Numbered from the stretch's first letter, positions 28,481 through 41,509 are shown. The stretch: DNA of 59,791 nucleotides from Octopus bimaculoides (GCF_001194135.2 NC_068983.1:77655266-77715056), one strand, 5' to 3'. The notes: generated by a model not told the origin, from the letters alone. Program-made: numbers and translations.

Positions 28481-29145
28481 GTATGCATGTATATGTATAT
28501 ATACATATGTATATATATAAATATATATATATGTATATATATATATACATACATATACATATACATACACACATATACATACATACATATATACATAAAT
28601 ATACCTATACATACATATACATGCATATATAATATATGTGTGTGTATACTTTATATAACATCCCTTCCATTTAAATGAAACAGCGCGAGGAACATTTCAA
28701 AGGCCATTTCGCCTTATACAGTGTGAGTTTGCAACTAAAGGCACATCTAGATTAGTTTTTGCCAGCTCAATGAAAGATGATTTGGAATCAATCAACACGT
28801 TCTTCACTGTTTCTTCTTATTCTGCTAACCCTAATCTCAACACTAATTATCTTTCTAACTCTAATCTAGACCCACGTGTGAATTTTCTTAGATTACTCTA
28901 CCAACCACGAACACATATAAAGGATTAATTTAACCATTTATTTCATTAGGAAAGCTATTAAAATATTTGAATCTACAATTTAAATTGCTTGCTGAACAGG
29001 CATGTCAACAGCTGCCCCAGTAAACTCTCTATATTGGAGAATAGATTATTGGATAATTTCAACTGTGAAAGAAACAATAATGGATTATGACAAAATAATA
29101 ATAACTCCAGATTAGGATATACATTTTGAGTTTTTCATGTGGGCT

Positions 29146-29228
29146 CCCCACTCTATGTGTGTACCCCACTCTATGTGTGTACCCCACTCTATGTGTGTAC
29201 CCCACTCTATGTGTGTACCCCACTCTAT
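29146..29228. repeat. Perfect 18-bp minisatellite (ccccactctatgtgtgta) x4.6
   Basis: Four identical units plus an 11-nt partial unit. Confidence 0.97.
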
Positions 29229-31226
29229 TGCGCTCTGCACATATAGACAAAGCAACTCATCTTTTTCTAATCCATCTTTTAACTCTGTGAAATGCACTCA
29301 AGTTATATTTTCAATCTAAATTTAACTTATTTCATATACAGGTATGTTGTTTGTATGTCGTTCTTTTTATTGTTCTGGTCTTCTTCACATTTGATTCCAA
29401 AAATTTTCCCAGTTCATGTTTGTGTAAGAGCTGTACAATGATATGATTTGAAAATTCATTTCTCAACTACTGCATAAAATCTTGGATAAAAATGTGTAAA
29501 GTTCTTACCTGAATCCTATAGAATGAGCTATTCAAGGACTAGGAAATACTAGAAGTTATTAACGGGAGGGTGCACTTAGGAGCGGGGTGAACGTGTTAAA
29601 GAAATAAGTTGTCCAGAAGCTCCATGTAATAAAATACATAATCATCAAATGTCAAAACCTTGTTAACGGAGTAACCGTAAGTAAAGTTAAACGGTTAACG
29701 TAGGTTACTGAATAAAAAATTTACTCACAAGAAATTAATACGAAGAATCTCGCCTATGGTACACAATGGAGGAAGTCTAAGTCCAGAGGTCTCTAAATTA
29801 GTCAGTAACAATTTAAAATAATTCACTAGTTAAAGCCGTTACAAAGGGTTTGTTTATAGATAAACAAGAAAATGAAATGAAGGAATAAAAGGTAAGGGAG
29901 ATAAGACAATGAGTAGGATTTAAGGACTGCATATGTCGTTCAGTCTCATAACTGTAGAACATATGAGAGGAGAACATAGAGACAAACAATTTAGTGGTTA
30001 AGGGGAGGCAACACGTCCCGATAGGCCAACAGCGCAATGAAGACTAAGGAAAAATGGCTAAATTTCGTATATAGTGAATTCTAGTAAAACTTAAGTATAT
30101 ACCGGTATGTAAGAAGAACATATTAAACAGGTGCTCTACAGGGCATAGCTAAAATGGCACTGATAGTTAGGTAGATGTTATTTAAGGACAAGTTACGTGT
30201 TAAAATAATATCAATCCTACAAAAGCGTTAAATAAATATAAAAGTAAATAATTTATGTTAATATAAAAAAAAAACAAATATAGAGACAATAACGGGTACA
30301 ATAGATGGGTACAATAAATTGGGAGACCTCCGGCCAGCTAATCCTATGAGAAAAGTAACCTTACGATAAGCATTTTACTAAGTGAGCCTCAAAAGCAAAA
30401 ATAAAAATAAAATGTGAAAGAAAATAAAATGCCGAAAGGCACGATAGAAAAATACTAATTAAATCTAATCATTAAAGTTATAAATAAAAGTATAATAACT
30501 CCTAGAGGGTATAAGGAATATTAATGGACATAGTGTACAATAAAGTAAAGGAAAGACTATAAAATAAATTATAAAATAAAATAAAATGAAACGGCAGAAG
30601 GAATCAAATATGTAGGGGGTATACTAACACAAATATACGTAGGGCTAATAATGTGGTAGAAAACCAAAGGTCACTAGTCTTCCTAGATCACTAATAATAG
30701 CGATAAAATGCAAAAGGCAAAAGGCAATGTGTTAATAAGGTGGAGGAAATGTTAACTGGTGTAAGAGATAGGTAATTCGTATCGGTGGTTGATTACATTT
30801 AAACACTTAGGAGAAGGGGAAGGGTTTGCTATTAGACACACTAGGAGAGCCTCGGTCATTCCTAAGAGTATGATAGTTGTTTGAGCTCGGATGGTAAATG
30901 GTAAAGAATTATGTGCACTTTACATGTTGGGTTTTTAGAATATTTGTCTAAACCATGCTTTCTCATCTATTTCTTCTTCCTTTTGTTTATATTGTATGCT
31001 CTTGTTTTTTACTCTGATGAAGATCGGTTGCCTTAATTCAAATGCCTTATAACGATGACAAATTTTATTCTCGCATATATGTATAGAATGTATTATGGGA
31101 ATCTGATCAGAAAGAGCTGTTAGCTCTTTTATGTCTTGATCTGTATAAAACAAGCTTTAAATGTGGTCCAATTGATGTGCTGGTTAATCTATATTTTGCT
31201 CCGTTTTCTAATTATATATATAATTA

Positions 31227-31261
<35 letters not shown>

Positions 31262-31944
31262 NNNNNNNNNNNNNNNNNNNNNNNNNNNNNNNNNNNNNNN
31301 NNNNNNNNNNNNNNNNNNNNNNNNNNNNNNNNNNNNNNNNNNNNNNNNNNNNNNNNNNNNNNNNNNNNNNNNNNNNNNNNNNNNNNNNNNNNNNNNNNNN
31401 NNNNNNNNNNNNNNNNNNNNNNNNNNNNNNNNNNNNNNNNNNNNNNNNNNNNNNNNNNNNNNNNNNNNNNNNNNNNNNNNNNNNNNNNNNNNNNNNNNNN
31501 NNNNNNNNNNNNNNNNNNNNNNNNNNNNNNNNNNNNNNNNNNNNNNNNNNNNNNNNNNTTTATTTATTTATTTATTTAGTTATTGACACTCCTTAAAAAG
31601 ACCATTTCAATACAATTGCTTTCATTGGTTTGATTGCGTAATGAGATTTGCTTCACACATATATGTATAATATGCATACATATCATCGGCAGAAGTTAGA
31701 GAGTAAGTCAAAACCTGAGAGTATCGAATATTGACACTTTTTAAACACAAATGTGTCCTTTGTCACTGTAACGTATGACTAAATAACTTCTAAAATACAA
31801 AATTTTGTCAAAATGTTAAGAGTAAGCCCTGTTGTGTGTGACACATTGTACCAGTATCGGAAGTTTCAAAGTGTTTTTAGTTAAAAAAAAAAATTAATTA
31901 AATAATCTGTATGTCAAATTGAATAGCTCGGAAATGGATAAAAA

Positions 31945-32036
31945 GGAAAAATCGACCTCGGCGGAATTTAAACACAGGCGAAATAACACTGAATATTTCG
32001 CCCGGCGCGATAACGTTTCTGCCAGCTCGCTGCTTT
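31945..32036 (-). mobile_element. tRNA-derived SINE, 5' part with deletion
   Basis: Reverse complement: aaagcagcgagctggcagaaacgttatcgcgccgggcgaaatattcagtg...tttaaattccgccgaggtcgattt. Confidence 0.85.
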
Positions 32037-32499
32037 AGTACGTAATCATTCATTTTAGCAATATATTCTTTATCTTTACTGCTAAGCGTTACTCCCTTAC
32101 TCTCTTACTTACACGAAATTTCGTCGTATTTCACCCCATAACTTTTCTCCTAATTTTTGTTCAATCCAACTAACGACTCTGAACTCCTCATACATTTTTT
32201 CTATCATTTAAATCTAAGAAAAGTATACTTCAATTTCAAAATTAAAAATTTATGTTAATTGAAGGTGAATAGGTGCCTTACTGCTCCCCTTGAGGCCGCA
32301 GATATTTTGATGTAACTTTTTTTTCTACTGAACCAAATCTCAAACTATTTGTGCCAAAGTGTAACGGAGATGTCCTCTTTAGTTGCAATTTAGTTGAGAA
32401 CTGAATTAGTTGTGAAGATTCGACGCTGATGCGATTGACGAAATGGTGGTTGAATGATATATATATATATGTGTGTATGTGTGTGTGTGTGTGTGTGTG

Positions 32500-33404
32500 T
32501 ATAAACTTCATAAAAGAAAATGGAGAAGACAAAACATAATAGATGCTTGGTTCATCTTATTTGTATCACGATGGAAAAGTAAAAGAAATAGCTGTAAGAA
32601 TTATTATAAAAGGAACCGTATGAACAAAACAACCAAATAATAGCCAAACGATCTTACACACGTTTCAATCCGACAGTATATTTGAATCATCATTATTCTA
32701 ACTGTTATAAATGTAATAAGCCATATATTGGCTTCAGGGAAAGGTAAGTATATTTTTCCGGTCTTGAATTACATAATAACTTATTTGAGGACTAGGTTTA
32801 GAAATTTTGAAATGTAAATAACAACATATTAGGATGCGGAGTTTATGTTATTAAAAACTCTTCATCCTTTTTAACATTTCTCAATCTAATTTTTTGTGTA
32901 TTAAACAAATTCTTTGTGTATTACACATAATTATAAATATAATTATAAACATAGTTATAAATGTATTTTTCAAATTCATGTGATGTTTTAGCAACATTTC
33001 CAAGTTCAATATTAGCTAAATTTAAACGATCAATTTCTAATAACATGAATTCCGCATCCTAATAAGTTGTTACGTTTGAAAATTTCTAAACCTAGTCCTC
33101 AAATAAGTTATTTTGTAATTCAGGACCAGGAAATATACTTACTTTTCCATGAAGATAAATGGCAATATATGGTTTATTACATTTATAACAGTTAGAATGT
33201 CGATGATTCAAGCATACTGTCGGATTGAAAAATGTGTAGGAATTTTTTGGCTATTATTTGGTTGTTTTGTTCATACGGCTCCTTTTATAATAATTCTTAC
33301 ATGTATCTCTTTTACTTTGCATTACTCTTCCATTGGAATACAAATAAAACGAACCAAGCATCTATTATTTTTTTCTTCTCCATTTTCCTGTATGAAGTTT
33401 ATAA
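32500..33404. mobile_element. Foldback/MITE-like element with ~360-bp terminal inverted repeats
   Basis: 32500-32857 is the diverged reverse complement of 33034-33404 (tataaacttcata...tatgaagtttata). AT-rich ~175-bp spacer, TA-rich flanks. Confidence 0.85.
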
Positions 33405-33564
33405 TTTATGAAACAGTTTATATATATATATTTATTTATTTATTTATTTATGTGTTTCAGCCAAGTGGCTACGGTAGGAACTTCCTTTCAATATATTTGA
33501 TAAAGCCAGTTGGCATATGGATTGTTATTAAGAATCCCTTAATGTGAAATTGCATCCTCAAATT

Positions 33565-33765
33565 GTGGGCAAAAAGCTTAGCGGTATTTCGTCTGACGTT
33601 ACGTTCCGAGTTCAATTCCCGCCGAGGTCAACTTTGACTCTCATCCTTTCGAGGTCGATTAAATAAGTACTAGTTACGCACTCAGGTCAACGTAATCGAC
33701 TTAATCCCTTCGTCCGTCTTTGTTTGCCCTCTCTATGTTTAGCCCCCTGTGAGCAATAAAATATT
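33565..33765 (+). mobile_element. tRNA-derived SINE (5'-truncated)
   Basis: gcttagcggtatttcgtctgacgttacgttccgagttcaattcccgccgaggtcaactttgactctcatcctttcgaggtcgattaaataagtactagttacgcactcaggtcaacgtaatcgac. Confidence 0.9.
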
Positions 33766-36700
33766 TAAAAAATAAATATAAATATATAGCGTATCTTATA
33801 TATATATATTCTTATATATATCCTTATATATACTCCTATTATATATATTAAGTATATATATTTTTTCATCGTTGTCCTTATCGATACAATTATTATTACC
33901 ATCATCTGTAGCACCACCAGTACCACTATCATCATAATCATCATTAAAACTCTCATCATCATCATCATAGTTTTAATATATTTTGTACAAGTTCTTCATC
34001 CATATATTATTTACCTCCTCTACGTTTTTGCCTCATCTTGAAATTCAACTTTCCGATGCCTTTCTTGGGTATATTCTGCTGCAGGTCATTCTTCCTGCTT
34101 TGCATTCGCTTTCTTTTCACGTAACAGCTGTTATATATTTGCTTGATATGTCAAAACTAGTTAAAATGCTTTCTTGTTGTGTCACTGCATCTTCCTTTCA
34201 ATAAATAATCTATATCCTGTAACAATTTGCAGTTCGAACAGGAGATTAGTAAGCAAATGAAAATACATATAAAAGAAAAACGACAGTATTGTTTCGTTCG
34301 TTTTGGCAATATACTCAAGAAAGCGAATTATTAAAATGCACCTACTAACAGCAAGAGAGATCTTTGCTTTAATTATCTTTTAACTAAAGTACTATAGATA
34401 GATAAAATTTAGATTTATTTTATTCTTAGCATTTTGATTACTTTATAAACGAAAGAAAGAAGCTGATCCATCAGGTTATTGTAAAAGGCAATAATTCATG
34501 TTGATTTACTAATAATATAATATGGCTTCTGAAGTATTTTAACGCACAACACTTTAACAATATAATCATGATGCTTCTTCTAACAATACTCAAGATGTTG
34601 AGTTGGAAAAAGAAGAAATTCATTAGATCTAGCATTTAAATTATTGATAACTCATTTTTGTCTGTAAGGAAACTGCGGGTTCTTTATTATTCATCAAACA
34701 TGACGTTGGTTAGATTATGGTAAATGTTATTAACTAGCATTCTGTTGTGTAAGAAATTCGGCTTTAAAATTCTCTTAACGTTTGAGGAATTTAGAAGTTG
34801 AATAGATTTTGTGATCGATTAACACAGACATTAAATGTTTAAGCAGGTTAAAATAATTGTTACTTTAAAGAGATCAGTAGCTCACATGATACAGAATATA
34901 TTTCGATGGGTGAAGACGTTGCTGATAAGACTCGAGACATCTTTACAACATAGGAACATAAGTTTAAACCCAGTTGATTGATAACATTTGACTATACTTG
35001 GAATTCTTCTTATCTGCTTGTAAAGTTTAGTTAGACAATGTATTGATTTCTTTTCACTAGAAACAACTAACTTTAATAAAAATGCAGATGATTGCACCAA
35101 CTGTCGTACATGACACGTACTAAGGAAAGTCTACTCTGGTAGAATTTGAACTTAAAAAGTTATGGTAAATAGCGTATTACATTTGGTAGGTTACACTACA
35201 CTCTCTTATGTAGTCACTGCCATCGTGTGAGTGAAAATATAATTTTTTAATAAAATGATTGGGTATTGGTAGAAAGTAGGGAGAGTTAGCAAATTTACCA
35301 GGTCACGTAATAAAAAACATTTGATGATTATTCATTTTTTCTTCCAGTGTCGTGCTGATATACCCTTGGGATCGATCTAACATGTTATTCTTCCATAATG
35401 AATGGCATTATTAAAGGTCATGTATTGGGTTTAATATATTCGATGATACCTCTCATGTGACATGAAAATAAAATGAAGTATTAACAGTATCTATATGAAG
35501 TTATTGTTTTAAGCCATGATTAATATTGTAATTTGCTAGTATTCAAATAACTAGAAAATCAATCATTTTTTATCGAATTTAGTTGGTGTACACTAAACTT
35601 CTATCAGATACATATCGTATCACATTGATCTATGCTACTTTGTGAAGAAATGTGCGAATACACTTTAGAGAAAAGTTATTATTTTGTAATTATAAACATA
35701 TATTTTCAAATTTGTACACATTAAAGGTGCCATATGTTTGCACATTAAATATGTTATAGACTATACGATCTATTCATCTACTTATTCATCATTCTTCGAA
35801 AACTATTTGTTTGGATTCATATTTTATTTCATTAGCCTTTTAGATTAGCAGTAGATAGTTTATGATGTGTACCCTAGGAAAGAGAGGTACTTGTAAAGAA
35901 AAAAATATTAATGCATTTAGCATAAAAGTATTCACACAACCGAATGTGTGAATAAGAATATTCAGACGTTCTATGATGTAAGCTACTGTTGTTTTCCTGT
36001 TTTAAATTCCTTATCACAGTACCTACTAGTATCATTTCCGATAAAACATCAAGCGTTAATTAATGTGTTGTATTTGTTCGGTCATTATTTTATAAACTAA
36101 TACCAAGTATTAATGTAAAAATCATCGGTCAAACAAAGAAATATAATTTGTATACATAAATATGCCGGCTGAATACAAGAAATTACATTCCCGCCTTAGG
36201 TCAGCAGTCACAAATTGTTAGTCTTCAAATTGCTCATGCCTTTTTTTTTTTGTCACTTTCATTACATTTGAAGTTTCATTCAAATTACATATTATAACTT
36301 TTCCATGAATATATAATATAACATATAAATGGCAGTGTATATATACATTAAATGCATTTACCAAAAATATTTAACATATGAGAGGTAGTTTTTCAATATA
36401 TTAATAATGTTTACAGTGCCATATGAATTTAGTACGTCTCCACTATAGATAAAAGAGAATTATACAACGGTTACAACAGGTATTTTCCACATGAAGATTT
36501 CATTCCAAAACTGAGAACAAAGAAAAATGTTGATTGTAGGGATAATAATTTTTTCATTTATTAGTAACTAGTAATATTTACTGAAATCAACAAAAAGTGA
36601 CTGGGGATTGTCCAACGTTTCAAACAGAGTCCTTCTGTAGGAAAACGTTGGCAAGAGTAGAAGGGAAAAAATGGAGCAGAGTTCTATAAACTTATATTAG

Positions 36701-37672
36701 AAAAAATTGGCTACAGCTGATGAGGAAAGCAAGACAACGTAAAGTAGGGCTTAGTAGACGACAGAAACTTATTGAGAGAAGTAGACAGCAAGAGGAATGG
36801 AATGAGGAGGAGAAATGGGCGAAGGCGACAGTGAGGTACGAGAATACCAGAGGTCAGATTTAAGAGAGATTTTTATTTCCGAACAAAGTGATGTTTGAGT
36901 AGAGAGTAAAACGTTCATAGAGATCTATCTGTGACATTGTAGTGTATATATGTGTGTATAATGCCTACCGTCATGAATCTAAAGTTCTGAAGTAACTGTG
37001 AATTAGAAAGCATTCCCGTGCAAGAAATATAATGTTAACACGTTCCTTCTTTTGTTACACCTAGATAAAGAGAATCAGTCTCCCGGTAAACATGCGAATC
37101 AATACACACTGAATACGTTCGGGAAAATTGCATTCAGCGGTTTATTAAACGAGTGAAAGTATGACAAGGACGGATCTCTTTGGTTTAAAATAAAGGAGGC
37201 ATTGAATATTGATGCCGAGAGAAATATTGTTGCTACCTTGAATAATCCCCATTGCAAACTGAAACATGGGAACGGTAGATAATCGGGACTGTTTACCTGA
37301 ATGTAATATTTAGGGCGACAGAAATAGAAACGAAACAATAGCTTACATTTTCTCCAACGTTATGCCCAAATGTATTGAATACAGATACGTAAATATTCAC
37401 AGAAAAAATATCTATATATTGTAGGAATCGTGTTGTAAGTCCTCGAAAACAATAAAGTGAAGATTAATGCACAATAAAATAACACAACTCAATTGCACAC
37501 CATGCACAACTGGACAAGCTCCAAAATAAGAAGAGTCTATAATTTGAACCCCAACACAAGAAACTGAAACAGCACAGTAACAGTCCCAACAAAATAAGGA
37601 CATTTCTCATGATCACAGAGGTACACTGTAGTTGTGGTAGAATCTCCTATGAAACTACCGAAGAAATGACGT

Positions 37673-37723
<51 letters not shown>

Positions 37724-37742
37724 CGATGATGGTGATGATGAT
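37673..37742. repeat. (GAT)n microsatellite
   Basis: About 23 units with two variants. Confidence 0.96.
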
Positions 37743-40171
37743 CTTTTACTAATTATTCTTATATCTAAAAAAGCATTCTCAAATTACGTGAGTTGAAGTC
37801 ATAAGCATTTCAATGAAAGTCTATATTTTTGAGCGTGATAAGAAGATAGAGTAATAAGATTGTTAATATTTTTCAGGTTACATTGTCAAACATTGAAGAA
37901 ATCTTTCCAATTTTGAAATGGGTAATTTGAGTGCATTTTAGTTACTATTTCTTATAGTTCATATCGTCTCTTTTCGCTTAGAAGCTTCTTGTTGCTGTTC
38001 GGCCCAAGGCCAACTCTGATCTAGGCACCTAAGGCATCCGTAATCAGCCAACTGTGAGTGTTATTTAAAATCAAATTATATAAAATGTCTTTCACATATT
38101 CCAGATGATATATAATCATTCAGTTATTAGGTTGTTATTTGTAACATGTAAAACAACTGTATATTGATTTCATCACTCAGTTAATGTGACATGTTAGGTA
38201 GAAAGACAAAGACATGCAATTATATATATTTCCCTTTTTTAACAAGCGCTGTGTGTAAATTGATAACTTACAACATATCAGGGAGGCGTTGTAAACATTT
38301 AAAACAGAGAGAGAAGGCAGGGAGAAAGAGGGGGAGAAGGAAGGAAAGAAAGGAATAATTGAGAGTATCCAAAAATGAATTCAAGAGATGCTTCGACAAA
38401 TATAGATTTAGAATTTAGTAATGAGTTTTTTGTGTGTTACGTACCTGGAAATCATCCCTGACTAAGCTGATTAACTGTGCGTATATCGCATTTTAATTGT
38501 TACCAGGACTATATCATCCAGTGTTTCCTGTTCTTTCTTAGAATAATAGATTGTGATTGGAAAGAGACTTGGATGTATTTTCAAGCACGTCATGTGATCA
38601 CGTAGGGAGTCACTCATTGAAATTATGCTGAGGAAACAATGGAAAGGGTACTTATAAATGCGTATGTCCAAGGATGGAAACAAAAGAAACTTTTAATTCC
38701 TTAATGTAATACATTCTATAATTTCAGCCATTGACATTAAAATAAAATATCCTGAAATATGTATTATATTTGTTTGAAAACAATATATAAATATCACCTC
38801 AAATCAATACCCTCGCTCAAACACTTCTATTTCAAACGTTTATTAGTTTGCACTATATTATATTTTGCAGAAATATAACAGACATAGTGCCAGTTTACAT
38901 TATTTGATACCTTCACCTTGATTGTCTGCCAGTATTTTTTTTCTTTTCTCTTTTGTGTTGATAAGAAAGTTAAGATTTTAATATTATTCACTTCCTTATA
39001 CATCTACCGCTATATGGTGATATAGGAAACAAATAATTATATTAACACAAGCCCAGATTTATAGATGATAACAAATATAACCGAACAAATTTGTTTACAA
39101 CAAAATTCGTTTGTATACCAGGAACTCAGTTCGACAGGTCCTTGCATTTATTATTTGCTACATATTTATTATATTTAACTGGGCAGAAGGATAAGCTTTA
39201 TACTTAAAATGTATACTCGTTTAAAATTATTTCAGTTATTAACGTAAATAATTTTATCATCACACATGTGATATGCATTTCCAAATTACTCCTTACTGAT
39301 GGACAAAGGTTGTATTTATATTAGCAAAATAATTACTGGTGAATTTGACTTTTTAGCAAATAGATTTATGGAAAAACACAAATAGATATTTATCACGAAA
39401 AGTTTGAAACTTGCTTAATACAGGCTCAAGAGGATAAAATATACACGATGACAGTGGTAGGAGAAACATGTTAACTAGAGTAGGGTATTTAGTCGGGGTT
39501 GTGTTCAGTGAGTTATTTCGTAAACCAAGTGGAATTCGCGCAGCTGATTTGACAATTGTGTGCTAATATTGCCTTGGGGTGACGAAATATGATGTTCAAT
39601 AGTCAAATTAAAAGAAGTCATGGAGTAACTTAATGACGAGCAATAACGTGTAATTAATTGTATTATGATTTGGAATAAAGATTTATATAGTAAAACAATA
39701 ACAGTTTTATATCTTCATATATTCCATGCGTTGTACCTATAGATTCAGAGCACAACCAAACAAAGTAGAATATGAACACATAACTCAATGGTGAAAATCA
39801 TATACTGTAAGGAATCAAGTGTACTACATTAAGAGGTTGAATCTCATTATACTTAGCTTCAATTTTTAAATATAAATAACTAGAATATTGTATGATTTAG
39901 TAATTATTTATAGCAAAGGCATAGTTTAAAAACATCAAATTATACTTCAACAAATTTCGTTGCAGTAGGTATTAGGGAAAGCATAATCAATAAATTCAAT
40001 CAATAAATCAATATATCTTCATTTTCGGATAAAACAATATTAAGTCATTTCATGATTATCGCATGAAATGTATATAGGCACAATCGCATATATCGAGATG
40101 GACATCTCAACGTGCAGATGCAGTTACAAATATTCACATAAATATATGTGTGTATATGTATATGTAAATAT

Positions 40172-40220
<49 letters not shown>

Positions 40221-40739
40221 CAAAATGGGACAACAAAACATCCAGATAGACACGATACAAAGAAAACAAGGACGTGTCATTCGAAGTCTTCTTTCATCAG
40301 TCCCGTACCAAATTATCTTCGCAATTTTGGCTAATTATACCCGAGATTGCTCCAATCTGGCCAGCCCCAAGGAAAGACTAACCTAAGAGCATTAGATTTC
40401 TTCGAAGAAAGCAGCGAATGTATACAAAAGCAAGGACGGAAAAAACGAACAATATTACGCAAATACAATAAAAATAATAACAGGACATTACAACAGGTGT
40501 CTTTCGACTAAGGACGAATTAAATTAAGCAAGCGAGTATGGAAATGAAGCCTTACGGCAGGGTTATCGAGGATGCGCACACAACGGCTGGCCAAGAAAGA
40601 AAGCCTGACCTTTCTTTCTTGGCCAAGAAAGAAAGATCAGGCTTGGCCGAACGGTGGTCATGTGGGAAGAGAGAGAGAGTTAGAGGCAAGGGGACAAAAG
40701 AATTAAGGAGGGGCACACATAATTCATGTCCAATGTTCC

Positions 40740-41495
40740 CTGTTGATTTCAGTTGCAATTGTTCCTTTGAAACAGGACCTTTTAAACTCAGAGTGCTGAA
40801 TCATCTTTTCCTCTCAGGAATTGCAACCAGTCCTAACGGTGCCTCTCCACTTGATCCGATCTAGAACGCGAATTTCTCAATCACTTTTGTTCGTATCTAG
40901 TTTCTTTAGGTTTTCTTTTACGCAGCTGTTATACCTTTTCCTCGGATTATGTTGTAGTCGCTTACCAGAGTTGGTTTCACCATAAAACGACACTAGCTAT
41001 TGCTCGTCTTTAATTTTTATAATAGGTTCAGCCCATCTCATTTGAGCCAAGATAACATGTTGTTCAATTGAGTTACAACGTGCCATAGGCAAAACCTCTG
41101 TATATGGTATGAAAAAATACCTCTTGACTCCCAAGATACGATTAAAAGTGCAACCAAATGCCCAAAATATTATTCTGATTCCCCTGTTGCAATCCTTGAA
41201 AGCATACCTAAGCAATGCATTAAAATAAATAGAGAAGAGTATAGGAACAGGAGTATCTCCCTGTTTGATACCATTGTCCATCGAAATTCATGTGATAGCT
41301 CACCATTAAAGAATACCTGAGCAACCAAGTTTGCACAAAACAATCCGCAACGCTTCCCGGTTTACCGTGTCCAATGCCTTAGTTAGATCTACGAAGACCT
41401 GTTATAGTGGCATTTGTTCCACTAATCATTTCTCCTAAACCTGCCTCGCAGAAAAATATCATGTCCATTGTACCTCGCTCAGGTCTGAAACAACA
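40740..41495 (-). mobile_element. RTE-clade LINE, internally deleted RT-to-3' fragment
   Basis: CCFRPERGTMDMIF, NGIKQGDTPVPILFSIYFNALLRYAFKDCNRGIRI, SIEQHVILAQMRWAEPI, FYGETNSGKR..PRKRYNSCVKENLK..DRIKWRGTV. Confidence 0.85.
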
Positions 41496-41509
41496 CTGCT
41501 CACATTTGA

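Noticed and set aside
29146-29228. 18-bp repeat as a CRISPR array or coding repeat
   Set aside because: The units are head-to-tail with no spacers, the context is eukaryotic, and the ORFs are short.
29530-30930. Mitochondrial insertion (NUMT)
   Set aside because: Inspection of both strands showed no recognisable mitochondrial gene, tRNA or rRNA motif. Not excluded without BLAST.
33960-34230. Charged minus-strand reading frames as an exon or RTE remnant
   Set aside because: There are stops in all frames and no identifiable motif.
36718-36775. ctgatgag...gaaac as a hammerhead
   Set aside because: No supporting stems I-III could be formed.
38444-38683. Minus-strand donor CAG|GTACGT next to a 70-aa ORF
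   Set aside because: No open frame connects an acceptor to the donor, and I recognise no protein similarity.
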